In this document: positions 12,966 to 23,002 of the stretch, one piece after another | Layout: every line of letters starts with the position of its first letter | Position numbering within the stretch: the first letter of the stretch is position 1 | Assembly (NCBI GenBank): GCA_012798695.1 | Contig: JAAZMR010000079.1 | Span: forward strand, 9,733 to 73,732 | DNA: 64,000 nucleotides | Direction of reading: 5' to 3' | Source of the DNA: Bacillota bacterium | Lineage (GTDB): Bacteria; Bacillota; Limnochordia; DTU087 | Notes under the pieces: generated by a model | The model's input: the letters and a program-made list of their open reading frames with translations, nothing else | What the model was told of the DNA's origin: nothing | Database searches by the model: none | Position numbers and translations under genes: made by a program

Positions 12966-14096
12966 CTAATGATCATCCCGCAGCCAAGCCTCCAAGTGGG
13001 TGAGGATCTGTTTCGCTGTAGGAGGGCAGCCTGGTACGTGCTCTGGGCATGACCCGGAAGTACAGCTGCCGATACCGTAGTTAGCCTGCGCGTTGACATG
13101 TTGACTACTGCCATTTTGAACCTCTGATTTGAAGCTTTGGCCAATGGACAAGTCTAGACCGCGGGGCAGTGCTCCATGCAGTTGTTCATACCTGCGCAGT
13201 GCATAAATGAGGCTGGCATAGCAAGCAGAACACGCTTCCCGTTCATCTATGAATCGCTTATAGTGCTCAGCCACGGGATTAGCTGGTTGGGCGACAACCG
13301 GAGGGCGCTCTCCGTGAATGTGCTCTTTGATTTCTACTTTCGATAGATCAGTTGTGCCTACCCCTTGGGCTGCGGCCATAGATACATAAGGAACATCACT
13401 CAGTTCATAGCCGAGAAGCTGCAGGGCATAGGTATCAATAAGAACTGGGTCAGTGCCGATGATGAGCTTGCCCATATGAATGGGGGTACCACCTTCTTCA
13501 AAGGTGAGATCACCAATGATCCCATCGACAATAGTCCAGTGGCTCTTGACTACCGTATTCAATGCGGCGATGGGTCTATGGAGGCCCAGACTATGAAATC
13601 GCCTTTTTTCTCGGTCGGGGATGCAGCCCTTCAGATTCTTCAAAGCACAGGTAAGCCTGGTTTGGCAATGGGCCTTGAGGACTGGGACATTGATGAGAAA
13701 ATCACTCTCCAATACTTCCTGACAAACCTCTATATCGAGACCATGAGCGGGTTTCCTGATAGCGTGGTCTCGCTTGAGATCGATTAAGGGTACATCATAG
13801 GCGCGGCTAATCTGTTCGTATCCACAAATCTTAAAAGCTCGTTGAGTACTATCACCTACACCAGAACCTTCGACAATGCGAATGTCACTATGACCTTTCT
13901 CCTGTAAGTAGCCAATAATAGATGCCACTAACTTGGGGTCTGTAGTAGCACCGGAAGTCGAGGGCCTGGGTACCACAAGATTAGGCTTGACAGCTATACG
14001 GGCGTGTTTGGGGGGTTGTGGTAGTTGCTCGAGTATGGGTCTTAGAATATCTAGAGACACTTCGTCAGTATAAAGCACATGAAGCTGTGGCTTCAA
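12966..14096 (-). CDS. DUF362 domain protein with C-terminal Cys clusters, TTG start
   Basis: DUF362-like N-terminal region (ARIAVKPNLV). CxxCxxxxxxxL and CTSGSCPEHVPGC motifs. GGAGGT RBS 7 nt before TTG. Confidence 0.7.
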   Translation of the reverse strand: MKPQLHVLYTDEVSLDILRPILEQLPQPPKHARIAVKPNLVVPRPSTSGATTDPKLVASIIGYLQEKGHSDIRIVEGSGVGDSTQRAFKICGYEQISRAYDVPLIDLKRDHAIRKPAHGLDIEVCQEVLESDFLINVPVLKAHCQTRLTCALKNLKGCIPDREKRRFHSLGLHRPIAALNTVVKSHWTIVDGIIGDLTFEEGGTPIHMGKLIIGTDPVLIDTYALQLLGYELSDVPYVSMAAAQGVGTTDLSKVEIKEHIHGERPPVVAQPANPVAEHYKRFIDEREACSACYASLIYALRRYEQLHGALPRGLDLSIGQSFKSEVQNGSSQHVNAQANYGIGSCTSGSCPEHVPGCPPTAKQILTHLEAWLRDDH

Positions 14097-14305
14097 TTTT
14101 CTAACCTCCAGTAATAATCTCTCCGGCCATAGTTGGAAAAAGCCTCGCAGGATTCATTCGCCATAGAGTGGCAAAACCCTGTATGTTCAACAAGAGCATA
14201 GTACTTGTCAGCAGGGATCTGGGCTTGGTTTAGAAAAAATATAAGTAGCCGACGTGGTCCTCTAGTTAGAGAAATGGACATTGCCGCGGGTAGAGGAGGA
14301 GTTCA

Positions 14306-17300
14306 GTGCTGCGCATCATAGTCGGACGGGCAGGTGTTGGCAAAACCCACCACTGTCTAGAGGAAATAAGCCAAGAGCTTAAGCAGGAACCCAACGGGCC
14401 GCCACTGTTATTGGTAGTACCGGAGGAATCGACTTTCGCCATGGAGCGGGCAATACTGAAGCAGTCTGGTTTATCCGGTATCTGCCGAGCACAGGTGTTG
14501 AGTTTTCGACGCCTAAGATGGCGAATTTTGCAGAAAGCTGGCGGTGTTCCAGAACCGCCCCTCACTGATCTGGGGCAGAAGCTGCTTCTGGCAGGATTGC
14601 TGCAGACACATAGAGATGAGCTGACTATTTTTCAGGATGTCACTGATCATCCCGGTTTTGTCGATCAACTACATCGTACCATTAAGGAGCTTCAGCAAAC
14701 AGACTTAGGATTATCATGGTTGCCAACAGAGTCATTAACGTCCTCTAGCTACATAGCTAGTGCCCTTGACCTCATGGAGTGGGATGGGCGAGATGGCCAA
14801 GCTAGGGAGCAAGTGCTGGAAGCAAAAGCCCATGATCTAGCCCTGATCTGGAGGGAGTACCAAAAAGCATTGCGGCAGTTGGGTCTGGTTGATGACAGCC
14901 ACTCTTGGGTACAGGCGATCAAGGGTGTGGCCCGGGTGGCTCCTCTGGCAGAAACTAAAGTCTGGATTGACGGAATCAACCGGTTGCAGGCACCTGAGAT
15001 GGGTTTAATCGCTGCTCTGATGCAGAAGGTTAAGGGGATATCAATTACCCTACGACTGGATCCGGCCTCGAGCATCGATCAAGATGGCGGGGTATTTGCC
15101 TACAGCAAGGCAACATTTCAGAGTCTTATTGAACTAGCGGCCAGCCTCTCTGTGCCCTGCGCAGTGGATGAACTCCTCCATCAGAGTAAGGCAGTATCAT
15201 CTTCGGTGAGCTCTCAACCTCTAGTGTCCATCACTTCTAGGTTCGTTACTGAGGAACTTGCCCATATAGAAGGGCAGCTGCGCTATCCCAAGGGCTATCG
15301 CATCCCCTTCACAGATCCTCCTAGAAGCCTGAATATAGTATCAGCGGCCAATCAGCGGGACGAAGTCATACAAGCAGCTCGCTTTCTGATCGGACAAGCC
15401 CGAGACTCGGGGACGAGGTGGCGGGAGATGGCAGTGGCGGCTAGTGATCTAGAGCTATATGGAGGATTACTGACTCATATCTTCTCTGATTGCGGTATTC
15501 CCTTCTTCCTAGACCAGCCTCGTTCAGTCCATTGGCATCCCCTGATGGTCATGCTCAGTGGCGTCCTGGAGGTAATAACTTCAGATTATAAGACCGAGAC
15601 ACTCATGCAAGTCCTGAAGTCTGATCTAGCCCCAGGCAGCCGCTATCAGGTAGACTGCCTCGAAAACTACGCCTTAGCTAGTGGCATAGATGGCCGCCTC
15701 TGGCGGGAACCGGCAATCTTGAGCAAGATCCGCCACGAACTAGGAGAGGAGGCAGTGCCAGATGGTCTACTCATGCCGCTAATTAGCTTATATGAGAAAG
15801 TGGCCACAGCTAAAGATACACCGGTACCGGGGCGGCAATTGATGTCGGATCTTTGGTCTTTGCTGGAACAATGGGGCATACCGGCCAGGATTGATTATTG
15901 GGTTAACCAGGAGAAGGAGCTGGGAAGTGATGGAGAGCTAGGTTCAGAGAATGCAGCGGTAAGCACATCTGAGCATGCTACTATCTGGAATCTATGGGTT
16001 GATCTGGTTGATGACTTCATGCAAAGTTTGGGCGACACGCCACTACTCTGGGACCAATTTGCCAGTCTCCTACAATCAGGATTGGACAACCTGCGTCTGA
16101 CTCGCATTCCCCAAGGGCTCGATCAAGTCTTAATCAGCACCCCCAAGAGGGTGCTCAACAGTGAGGTAAAGGTTCTGGCCATCCTGGGAGCTGATGAACA
16201 ACATCTGCAGGTTACCAGAGGAGAAGACACCATTCTTAATGATGCTGAAAGGTTGGCATTACAAGCAAAGGGTTGGCATCTCGAGCCGCGGGGCCAGCTG
16301 CAGATGATCGAAGAACCCCTATTTTGGTATTCTCTGTTCACAAGGTCCAAGGAGACTTTGTATGTTAGCTATTCACTAGCTGATGGGGATGGAAAGGCAC
16401 TAGAACCTGCTGCCATAGTAAAAGAGCTGTACGAGCTTTTCCCAGGGCTTGATGCAGTGGATGCTTCGGTAATGGATAATCAAGCCGCTAATCATCATGA
16501 CATGACGGAGCTGCCCTGCACCATATCGGACGCGGCCAGTTTCGTGTCCAAAGTACTGCGGAAGTGCAAAGATGGCTCAAGCGAGATTGATGAGGCGAAG
16601 CAGAATATGGTTCTAGCTCTGTATGATTGGCTAGTAAGCCAAAAAGAGGGCAAAAGCGCCTTAGCTCGATGTTTGGCTGGGCTGAACTACACGAACCAAG
16701 CGGGACCCTTAAGTGATGGGGTGTTGCAGCGGCTATATGGAGGCAATCTAGTCACCAATGTACATCACTTGGAGGCCGCAGCACAATGCCCCTTCCAGTT
16801 TTTCGCCAGGGCTGTACTGAAATTGGAGGAAAGGCGTCAGCTCAGGTGGGACCCTCGAGTAGAAGGACAGCTTTGGCATGATGCGCTGGCCAGGCTGGCT
16901 CGTCGCTTAAAAGAAGATGAACTGGATTTGGCAAAGCTGCAAGAGGCAGAGCTTAGGGAGATAGCAGACGAGGTTTGGCAAGAGGTTGCCTATCGCTATG
17001 CACCGGCATATGCCGATATTGTAGAAAGCTATAAACATACGATCCGATGCTTAGGGCGTGGTTTTCAGCGAGTCGTGCTCGTCTTGTCTGAACATGCTCA
17101 GCGGGGGCAGTTCCGTCCCTTAGCAGTAGAAGTCTCTTTTGGAGCATCCCAGGGATTCCCGGCCTGGCGAATACCCCTATTAGGGCATGACTCTGTCTAT
17201 GTGAGAGGTAGAATTGATCGAGTCGAAACCGCCAGAGATGGTGACATCTTGTACATACGGGTAATGGATTTCAAACGGGGGGTAAAGAAGCTCAGGCTCC

Positions 17301-17935
17301 ACGATGTATATCAGGGGTTTTCTTTACAGCTTCTGGCTTACCTAGGTGCTCTTATGGATAACAGCCAAGCTTTGCTGAGAAATCAGTCAGACAGCACTAG
17401 CACTAACTTGCAGCTAGCACCCGCTGGTGCCTTGTATTTTCCTCTCAGTGAGCCCTTGGTTAAACTGGATGGCCCCCTTGATGAAGAGAGTCTAGCCGCG
17501 CAGCTGTTAGCGAAATACAGGACCAGTGGCATAGTAGTATCCGATCCCGATGTGATTGAGTTGATGGAGGCAGAGCTGGAAGGTCGTTCGGCACTACTGC
17601 CTATAGGTATCACCAAAAAGGGGGGGCTGTATAAGGGCTCCTCTGCCTATGCAATCGAGGAAGTGGATATACTGCTTGCTTATGCAAAACTCTGTATCCA
17701 GGCTCTGGCAACAGGTATACTGAATGGCAAGATCGATATTCAGCCCTATCGCAAAGCTCGGGATAGAGCCTGTAGGTATTGTCAGTATCTGTCTCTATGC
17801 CGGTTTGAACTGGGTGTACCGGGATGTGGATATCGATATATACCCGATATGGCGGATGCTGAAGCCTTGAAGCATATGGCTGCAGCTGTAGGTGAGTGGG
17901 AGTGTAACCAAGGGGAGGGTGAGCAGCATGGTTGA
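14306..17935 (+). CDS. addB: ATP-dependent helicase/nuclease subunit B
   Basis: N-terminal GRAGVGKT and the C-terminal CRYCQYLSLC Fe-S nuclease motif. 1209 aa. Confidence 0.9.
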   Translation: MLRIIVGRAGVGKTHHCLEEISQELKQEPNGPPLLLVVPEESTFAMERAILKQSGLSGICRAQVLSFRRLRWRILQKAGGVPEPPLTDLGQKLLLAGLLQTHRDELTIFQDVTDHPGFVDQLHRTIKELQQTDLGLSWLPTESLTSSSYIASALDLMEWDGRDGQAREQVLEAKAHDLALIWREYQKALRQLGLVDDSHSWVQAIKGVARVAPLAETKVWIDGINRLQAPEMGLIAALMQKVKGISITLRLDPASSIDQDGGVFAYSKATFQSLIELAASLSVPCAVDELLHQSKAVSSSVSSQPLVSITSRFVTEELAHIEGQLRYPKGYRIPFTDPPRSLNIVSAANQRDEVIQAARFLIGQARDSGTRWREMAVAASDLELYGGLLTHIFSDCGIPFFLDQPRSVHWHPLMVMLSGVLEVITSDYKTETLMQVLKSDLAPGSRYQVDCLENYALASGIDGRLWREPAILSKIRHELGEEAVPDGLLMPLISLYEKVATAKDTPVPGRQLMSDLWSLLEQWGIPARIDYWVNQEKELGSDGELGSENAAVSTSEHATIWNLWVDLVDDFMQSLGDTPLLWDQFASLLQSGLDNLRLTRIPQGLDQVLISTPKRVLNSEVKVLAILGADEQHLQVTRGEDTILNDAERLALQAKGWHLEPRGQLQMIEEPLFWYSLFTRSKETLYVSYSLADGDGKALEPAAIVKELYELFPGLDAVDASVMDNQAANHHDMTELPCTISDAASFVSKVLRKCKDGSSEIDEAKQNMVLALYDWLVSQKEGKSALARCLAGLNYTNQAGPLSDGVLQRLYGGNLVTNVHHLEAAAQCPFQFFARAVLKLEERRQLRWDPRVEGQLWHDALARLARRLKEDELDLAKLQEAELREIADEVWQEVAYRYAPAYADIVESYKHTIRCLGRGFQRVVLVLSEHAQRGQFRPLAVEVSFGASQGFPAWRIPLLGHDSVYVRGRIDRVETARDGDILYIRVMDFKRGVKKLRLHDVYQGFSLQLLAYLGALMDNSQALLRNQSDSTSTNLQLAPAGALYFPLSEPLVKLDGPLDEESLAAQLLAKYRTSGIVVSDPDVIELMEAELEGRSALLPIGITKKGGLYKGSSAYAIEEVDILLAYAKLCIQALATGILNGKIDIQPYRKARDRACRYCQYLSLCRFELGVPGCGYRYIPDMADAEALKHMAAAVGEWECNQGEGEQHG

Positions 17936-20900
17936 TCAGGCCCGAGGGGCTAGACAGAGCAGAGATGATGGCCGCACAGCGAAGCATGATATGCCATCAC
18001 CTAGTGTATCGGAGACTTCCACAGTTGAGCTCTCCTGGACGCCAGAACAGAGTGAAGCTATCCACACCCGAGGTTGTGAGATACTGGTGGCGGCTGGCGC
18101 AGGAGCGGGCAAGACTGCAGTCTTGGTTGAACGAGTGATTCAGGGCATATTGCGAGAAGATGTGGGCCTTGACATGGAACGCCTCTTGGTAGTTACCTTC
18201 ACAGAAGCTGCTGCGACCGAGATGCGTCAGCGCATCCGAGAAACACTAGAAGATGAGCTGCAGCAAGATCCGAGGAATATGCGGCTGCAGCAGCAGTTGG
18301 CCCGCTTACCATTGGCATCCATTTCTACTATTCATGCCTTTTGCTCCCAATTGCTCAGGCGGTATTTCTACTATCTAGGCTTAGATCCCGGGTTCCGGAT
18401 TATGGCTGAGGCTGAGGCCAGCCTACTTAGGTATGAAGTAGTTGACCAGATACTGGCCCAATACTACCTAAAAGGCGATCATGCAGTACTGGATTTCATC
18501 GATGCCTATGGTGGGGCCATGGGAGATGAGGGCATTAAGGAGCTGATCCTGCGCCTTTACGATTTTCAAATGAGCTTGCCGGAACCAGAAGCATGGCAAC
18601 AGGCTGTGTTGGGCGCCTTCTTGCCCGATTCGGTGGCAGCCTTTCACGCTTCAGCGTTCATGCAGGAGGCCGAAAGGCAGGTGGAGCTGGAACTGACACA
18701 GATAGTCAGTTTGTTGGCACACGCTCTGGACACATGCTTTCTGCCTGATGGGCCGGAGCGCTACGCGGAGCGCTTGCGAGAGGAAAAGGCAGCGGTGGTA
18801 AGGTTGTCGGAACTGGTGGAAAACCAACACTGGGATGCAGTCCATGATTGGTCAGACCCCTTTGCATCACTGCCCCGCATCTCCAAAACCATGCAAGTGG
18901 ATGATGAACTGAAGGAACGCTGTCAGAGTCTTCGCAATGCTGCCAAGGATAGCCTGAAGAAGCTATACGCAAACTTCTTCTCTCGCACAGAGGCGGAGAT
19001 AATTGGCGAAATGAGGCAGCTGGCACCTACCGTGGAGCTCATCTTTCAGCTGGTTGATGAGTTTGCCAATGCATACGGGAAAGCCAAGCAGAACCAAGGC
19101 ACTTTAGATTTTGCTGACCTGGAGCAATTGGCGTTGAGGCTGCTGACAGTACCGGCCAAAGGGGGAGGTCTAGCTCCGTCTGCGATCGCCTTAGAGCTGC
19201 AGCATCGTTTTGATGAGATTTTGATCGATGAATATCAGGATACCAATGGAGTGCAGGATTGTATATTGGCGATGGTTGCCGGTGCCCAAGAACAGGGCTT
19301 GGGCACTACACCTCGGTTCATGGTAGGAGATATCAAGCAGAGTATTTATGGATTTCGTCTGACCGATCCCACCTTATTCTTAACCAAATACCAAGAGTAC
19401 TCACCCCTCCAAGGAGCCCCACAGAGACGTATTGATCTGGCGACCAATTTTCGCTGTCGCAAAGAAGTCATCCATGGAATAAACTTCATTTTCCGACAGC
19501 TTATGACTAGTGATATAGCCGGGATATCCTACGATGATGAAGCGGAATTGAAATATGGGGCTACCTATGCCCAACTAGCGCCAGACATGGTAGAGGTAGC
19601 CGCAGCGGAGGAGACCCCAGGCCCCATTGTGGATAATGGGCGGGAATATCTGGAGTTCTATCTGCTAGATGCCGAGTCCCATAGGCAAGGCGGTGATCTT
19701 GCCCTTCATGATGATGTTAATGATACCGGCGAGAAGAGCGAAGACCTCGTCGGTAATGATGTTGAGGAACTAGAGCAACTGGAGAGAGAGGCTTGGTTGA
19801 TTGCTCGACGCATTCACCGGCTGGTAAGTGGTGGGATGGAATCGGGGAATGAGGAAAGCGGTGAAGTACAGGGAAGGCCTACAGTGATTTGGGACAAGTC
19901 CCTTAAGGCATATAGGCCGGTTGAGTACAGAGATATAGTTGTGCTAATGCGTTCAGTCAGGAACCGTGCCAATCAGGTGATGGAGATTTTTCGCCAAGCT
20001 GGAATCCCTGCCTATGCTGATCTAGGCTCAGGTTATTTCGCTGCCATTGAAGTCAAGTTGATGGTTGCTTTGCTGCAGGTCCTCGATAACCCACAACAAG
20101 ATATACCATTGGCAGCGGTTTTGCGGGCACCTTGGGTAGCTCTATCCGATCAGGAGCTAGCCTTGGTCCGGCTTAACGAGCCACGGGGGAGCTTCTATGA
20201 AGCTGTCAGAGCGGCGGCTCGGCAGCCAGATGGATTGGGGCAAAGACTCAGTCAAATTCTAGATTCCTTGGATAACTGGCGGACAGCGGCTCGACGTTTA
20301 CCCTTAAGTCAGTTGATTGGGTATTTGTACCAGGAGACCGGCTTTTACGACTATGCAGGTTCCATGCCCAAAGGGGAGCAAAGGCAGGCGAATTTGCGAG
20401 GTTTGCATGACCGAGCTCGGGAGTTTGATCAATTTGCCGGGCGAGGTCTATTCCGGTTTGTCCGGTTTTTGGAAAAGCTTCAGGAAGAAGACGATTTGGG
20501 GGAAGTCCGTCCACTAGGGGAAGGCGAGAATGTTGTACGGGTCATGAGTATGCACAAGAGTAAAGGACTGGAGTTCCCGGTGGTTTTTCTCGCTGATTTG
20601 GGGAAAGGTTTTAACCTACAGGATCTCAAGGGAGATGTTCTGATTCACAAGGACCTGGGCCTAGGGTTGAACGTCATAGATGCCAACCAGCGCTTTCGAT
20701 ATGGTTCTTTGTCTCATGAAGTGATCAGAGGGCGTCTACATCGAGATACTCTTGCAGAAGAAATGCGGGTGCTTTATGTAGCCATGACTCGTGCCAGAGA
20801 GAGGCTGATTTTAGTAGGCAGTACTCGAGAAGTGGCTCGCAATTGTGCTAGATGGACGTCCGGGGCAGAAATGGAGGGCTGGCAGCTGTCTAGTGATCTG

Positions 20901-21926
20901 CTGATCTCAGCTAAGCATTATCTAGATTGGTTGGGGCCGGCTCTTAGCCGCCACCAAGCTGGGCATATTCTCCGGCTCGCCGGTGGTATGCAAGACCGCT
21001 TACCAGCAGACGAGGAACTAACGTATGATCAGTCAAACTGGCATGTCTGGGTAGAAGGTCATTCTGAACCACTTAGTTGGCTGCAATTCCTGTTGGAAGG
21101 GGAAAAGCAGACAATCCCTTGGCAAGAGATCAGCAAGCTGCAGCCTATTCATACACCTCAGCTCACTGACGATGTGAGGGAGCGCTTTGCTGATCATTTG
21201 CTCTGGCAATATCCAGCTCAGCGAGTGGTGAATCTCCCTGCCAAAGTCTCGGTTACAGAACTGAAGCGGTGGATGACCGCTGAAGACGGCAGTGATGACC
21301 CCGATAGTGCCTGGCAGCCTTCTTTGGCAAATGGTCGCCGATCGAGGGGTACCCAGCATGTGGCTCGCAGGCCCAGATTCATCTTGGCCCAGAGAGATAG
21401 AATCAGTGCTGTAGAGAGGGGTATTTGGACACATGCTCTCTTACAGCATCTCGATCTTACCAAGGATTTGACTAACCTGGAAGTTCTGCGAGCAGAAGCC
21501 ATGCGGATTGTTCAACAGCAATTGCTTACCGAAAAACAGTTGGCAGCTGTAGACCTTGAGTCAATCGGATATTTCTTCCAAGGAGCCTTGGGCAAGCGGC
21601 TATTGCGTAATCCGGCGGGTGTGCGAAGAGAGGTTTCCTTCATGTTGGCTGTCCCTGTGGAGGAAATCTATGGACAAATGGAGGAGGATCGAGATCATGT
21701 GGTTATTCAGGGAGTGATTGACTGTCTTGTAGAGGAGCCCAATGGCTTTCTCTTGGTTGATTTCAAGACAGACAGAATAACTCCCCAAAATATCGCCGAG
21801 GTGGCTGCTGCTTACAGAGTGCAAGTTGAGCAGTATTGTCGAGCTGTGGAGGCGGTCTTTGGTCAGCAGGTATGGCAATCCTACCTATATTTTCTGCAGG
21901 GACGCTTGGCTATGAAGATGGGTTGA
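17928..21926 (+). CDS. addA: ATP-dependent helicase/nuclease subunit A (UvrD-like helicase plus nuclease)
   Basis: GAGAGKT Walker A, UvrD helicase motifs, C-terminal RecB-type nuclease region. ATG overlaps the addB stop (ATGGTTGA). Confidence 0.9.
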   Translation: MVDQARGARQSRDDGRTAKHDMPSPSVSETSTVELSWTPEQSEAIHTRGCEILVAAGAGAGKTAVLVERVIQGILREDVGLDMERLLVVTFTEAAATEMRQRIRETLEDELQQDPRNMRLQQQLARLPLASISTIHAFCSQLLRRYFYYLGLDPGFRIMAEAEASLLRYEVVDQILAQYYLKGDHAVLDFIDAYGGAMGDEGIKELILRLYDFQMSLPEPEAWQQAVLGAFLPDSVAAFHASAFMQEAERQVELELTQIVSLLAHALDTCFLPDGPERYAERLREEKAAVVRLSELVENQHWDAVHDWSDPFASLPRISKTMQVDDELKERCQSLRNAAKDSLKKLYANFFSRTEAEIIGEMRQLAPTVELIFQLVDEFANAYGKAKQNQGTLDFADLEQLALRLLTVPAKGGGLAPSAIALELQHRFDEILIDEYQDTNGVQDCILAMVAGAQEQGLGTTPRFMVGDIKQSIYGFRLTDPTLFLTKYQEYSPLQGAPQRRIDLATNFRCRKEVIHGINFIFRQLMTSDIAGISYDDEAELKYGATYAQLAPDMVEVAAAEETPGPIVDNGREYLEFYLLDAESHRQGGDLALHDDVNDTGEKSEDLVGNDVEELEQLEREAWLIARRIHRLVSGGMESGNEESGEVQGRPTVIWDKSLKAYRPVEYRDIVVLMRSVRNRANQVMEIFRQAGIPAYADLGSGYFAAIEVKLMVALLQVLDNPQQDIPLAAVLRAPWVALSDQELALVRLNEPRGSFYEAVRAAARQPDGLGQRLSQILDSLDNWRTAARRLPLSQLIGYLYQETGFYDYAGSMPKGEQRQANLRGLHDRAREFDQFAGRGLFRFVRFLEKLQEEDDLGEVRPLGEGENVVRVMSMHKSKGLEFPVVFLADLGKGFNLQDLKGDVLIHKDLGLGLNVIDANQRFRYGSLSHEVIRGRLHRDTLAEEMRVLYVAMTRARERLILVGSTREVARNCARWTSGAEMEGWQLSSDLLISAKHYLDWLGPALSRHQAGHILRLAGGMQDRLPADEELTYDQSNWHVWVEGHSEPLSWLQFLLEGEKQTIPWQEISKLQPIHTPQLTDDVRERFADHLLWQYPAQRVVNLPAKVSVTELKRWMTAEDGSDDPDSAWQPSLANGRRSRGTQHVARRPRFILAQRDRISAVERGIWTHALLQHLDLTKDLTNLEVLRAEAMRIVQQQLLTEKQLAAVDLESIGYFFQGALGKRLLRNPAGVRREVSFMLAVPVEEIYGQMEEDRDHVVIQGVIDCLVEEPNGFLLVDFKTDRITPQNIAEVAAAYRVQVEQYCRAVEAVFGQQVWQSYLYFLQGRLAMKMG

Positions 21927-22066
21927 AGCTAAGTTCGGCTGCTCAGATTATAGCTGACTGACATCTATTACTAATTGAAAAACAGACAACAATGATCTAC
22001 AATAACGGAGCGGTGCTCTCAGGGCATCGCTCTCGTTTGCTTATATCGAGTAAGGAGGGTTGTGCA

Positions 22067-22771
22067 ATGCTGTTATTTGAAGATAGATATGTAAAACTAC
22101 TTGGTTCGGCTTTGGCTCTCAGCCTAGTACTGATCAGCATAATCATGGCGGTATCAGCAGCCTTAATGCCGACAAATACGTTGAACATGGCCAGAAGCAT
22201 CGATGAAGGCAGGGCAAAAACAGATGCCGTTGACCAAGATGCTAACATAGTGCCAGTGATGCCCCAGGGCAGACCTGCAGCCCAGAATGAACAGAGCCAG
22301 GTACAGCAATCAGAGGTCCGAGCGAGATCGGCAGAGGCGGGCTCTGGCAATACACTGAGGGATAACGCCGATGGCAAAGCGACAACAACTTCACCACGGT
22401 CGCAGCCAAGCGGCCTTTCCGAGGGAGACATATGGTTGATGGCTCAGCTTATCCATGCAGAAGGTCGAGGTGAACCTCTGGAGGGCCAGGTAGCCATTGG
22501 TGCAGTCTTGCTCAACCGCGTAGGAGATAAACGTTTTCCAAATTCGTTGGCAGGAGTAATCTACCAGCAGGGAGCGTTCTGTACCGTACGGGATGGACAG
22601 ATCAACCTGTCTCCAGATGGCAATGCCCTCAAGGCAGCCAGACTAGCGGCAGCCGGTTGGGATCCTACCGGGGGGGCACTGTACTTCTATAACCCGGCCC
22701 GCAGCACCTCTCGCTGGATCTACAGTCGGCCAGTGATCACACGTATCGGCCGTCATGTCTTTGCCGCCTAG
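22067..22771 (+). CDS. cell-wall hydrolase, SleB/CwlJ family, with N-terminal TM anchor
   Basis: AQLIHAEGRGEPLEGQVAIGAVLLNRV ... GQF-type catalytic region. AGGAGG RBS at ATG 22067. Confidence 0.75.
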   Translation: MLLFEDRYVKLLGSALALSLVLISIIMAVSAALMPTNTLNMARSIDEGRAKTDAVDQDANIVPVMPQGRPAAQNEQSQVQQSEVRARSAEAGSGNTLRDNADGKATTTSPRSQPSGLSEGDIWLMAQLIHAEGRGEPLEGQVAIGAVLLNRVGDKRFPNSLAGVIYQQGAFCTVRDGQINLSPDGNALKAARLAAAGWDPTGGALYFYNPARSTSRWIYSRPVITRIGRHVFAA

Positions 22772-23002
22772 TGCTATGCGGAAGTTGCAGACAGGCTGAA
22801 TAGAGCATCAAACCTCACGTGGGGAGCCGTAGGTTACAGAGACCTGCGGCTTCTCTTGATCTCTGATAGATTGCGGGAAAGCTGGGGACCGGACGCAGGA
22901 AAAATCTCCACTGGGCTGGAAAGACTAGTATACGTGATCAGCGGTAGATAATCGCCGAGGTTGCTGGTTAAGAGCCACCTTGGCTAGAGGAGGGAGTATC
23001 AC

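Noticed and set aside
14093-14281. 62-codon ORF ending in an apparent ATGA-style overlap with DUF362
   Set aside because: DUF362 actually starts with TTG. This ORF is merely read-through across its GGAGGT RBS and the divergent addB promoter region. The peptide has no features.
14306-21926. AddAB as a candidate novel defence system
   Set aside because: It is the standard Firmicute RecBCD-equivalent repair/recombination helicase-nuclease. There are no adjacent defence genes and it sits in a housekeeping context.
21997-22431. 144-aa ORF antisense to the SleB-like gene
   Set aside because: Overlaps a gene with a clear catalytic motif on the other strand. No RBS. Low-complexity translation.
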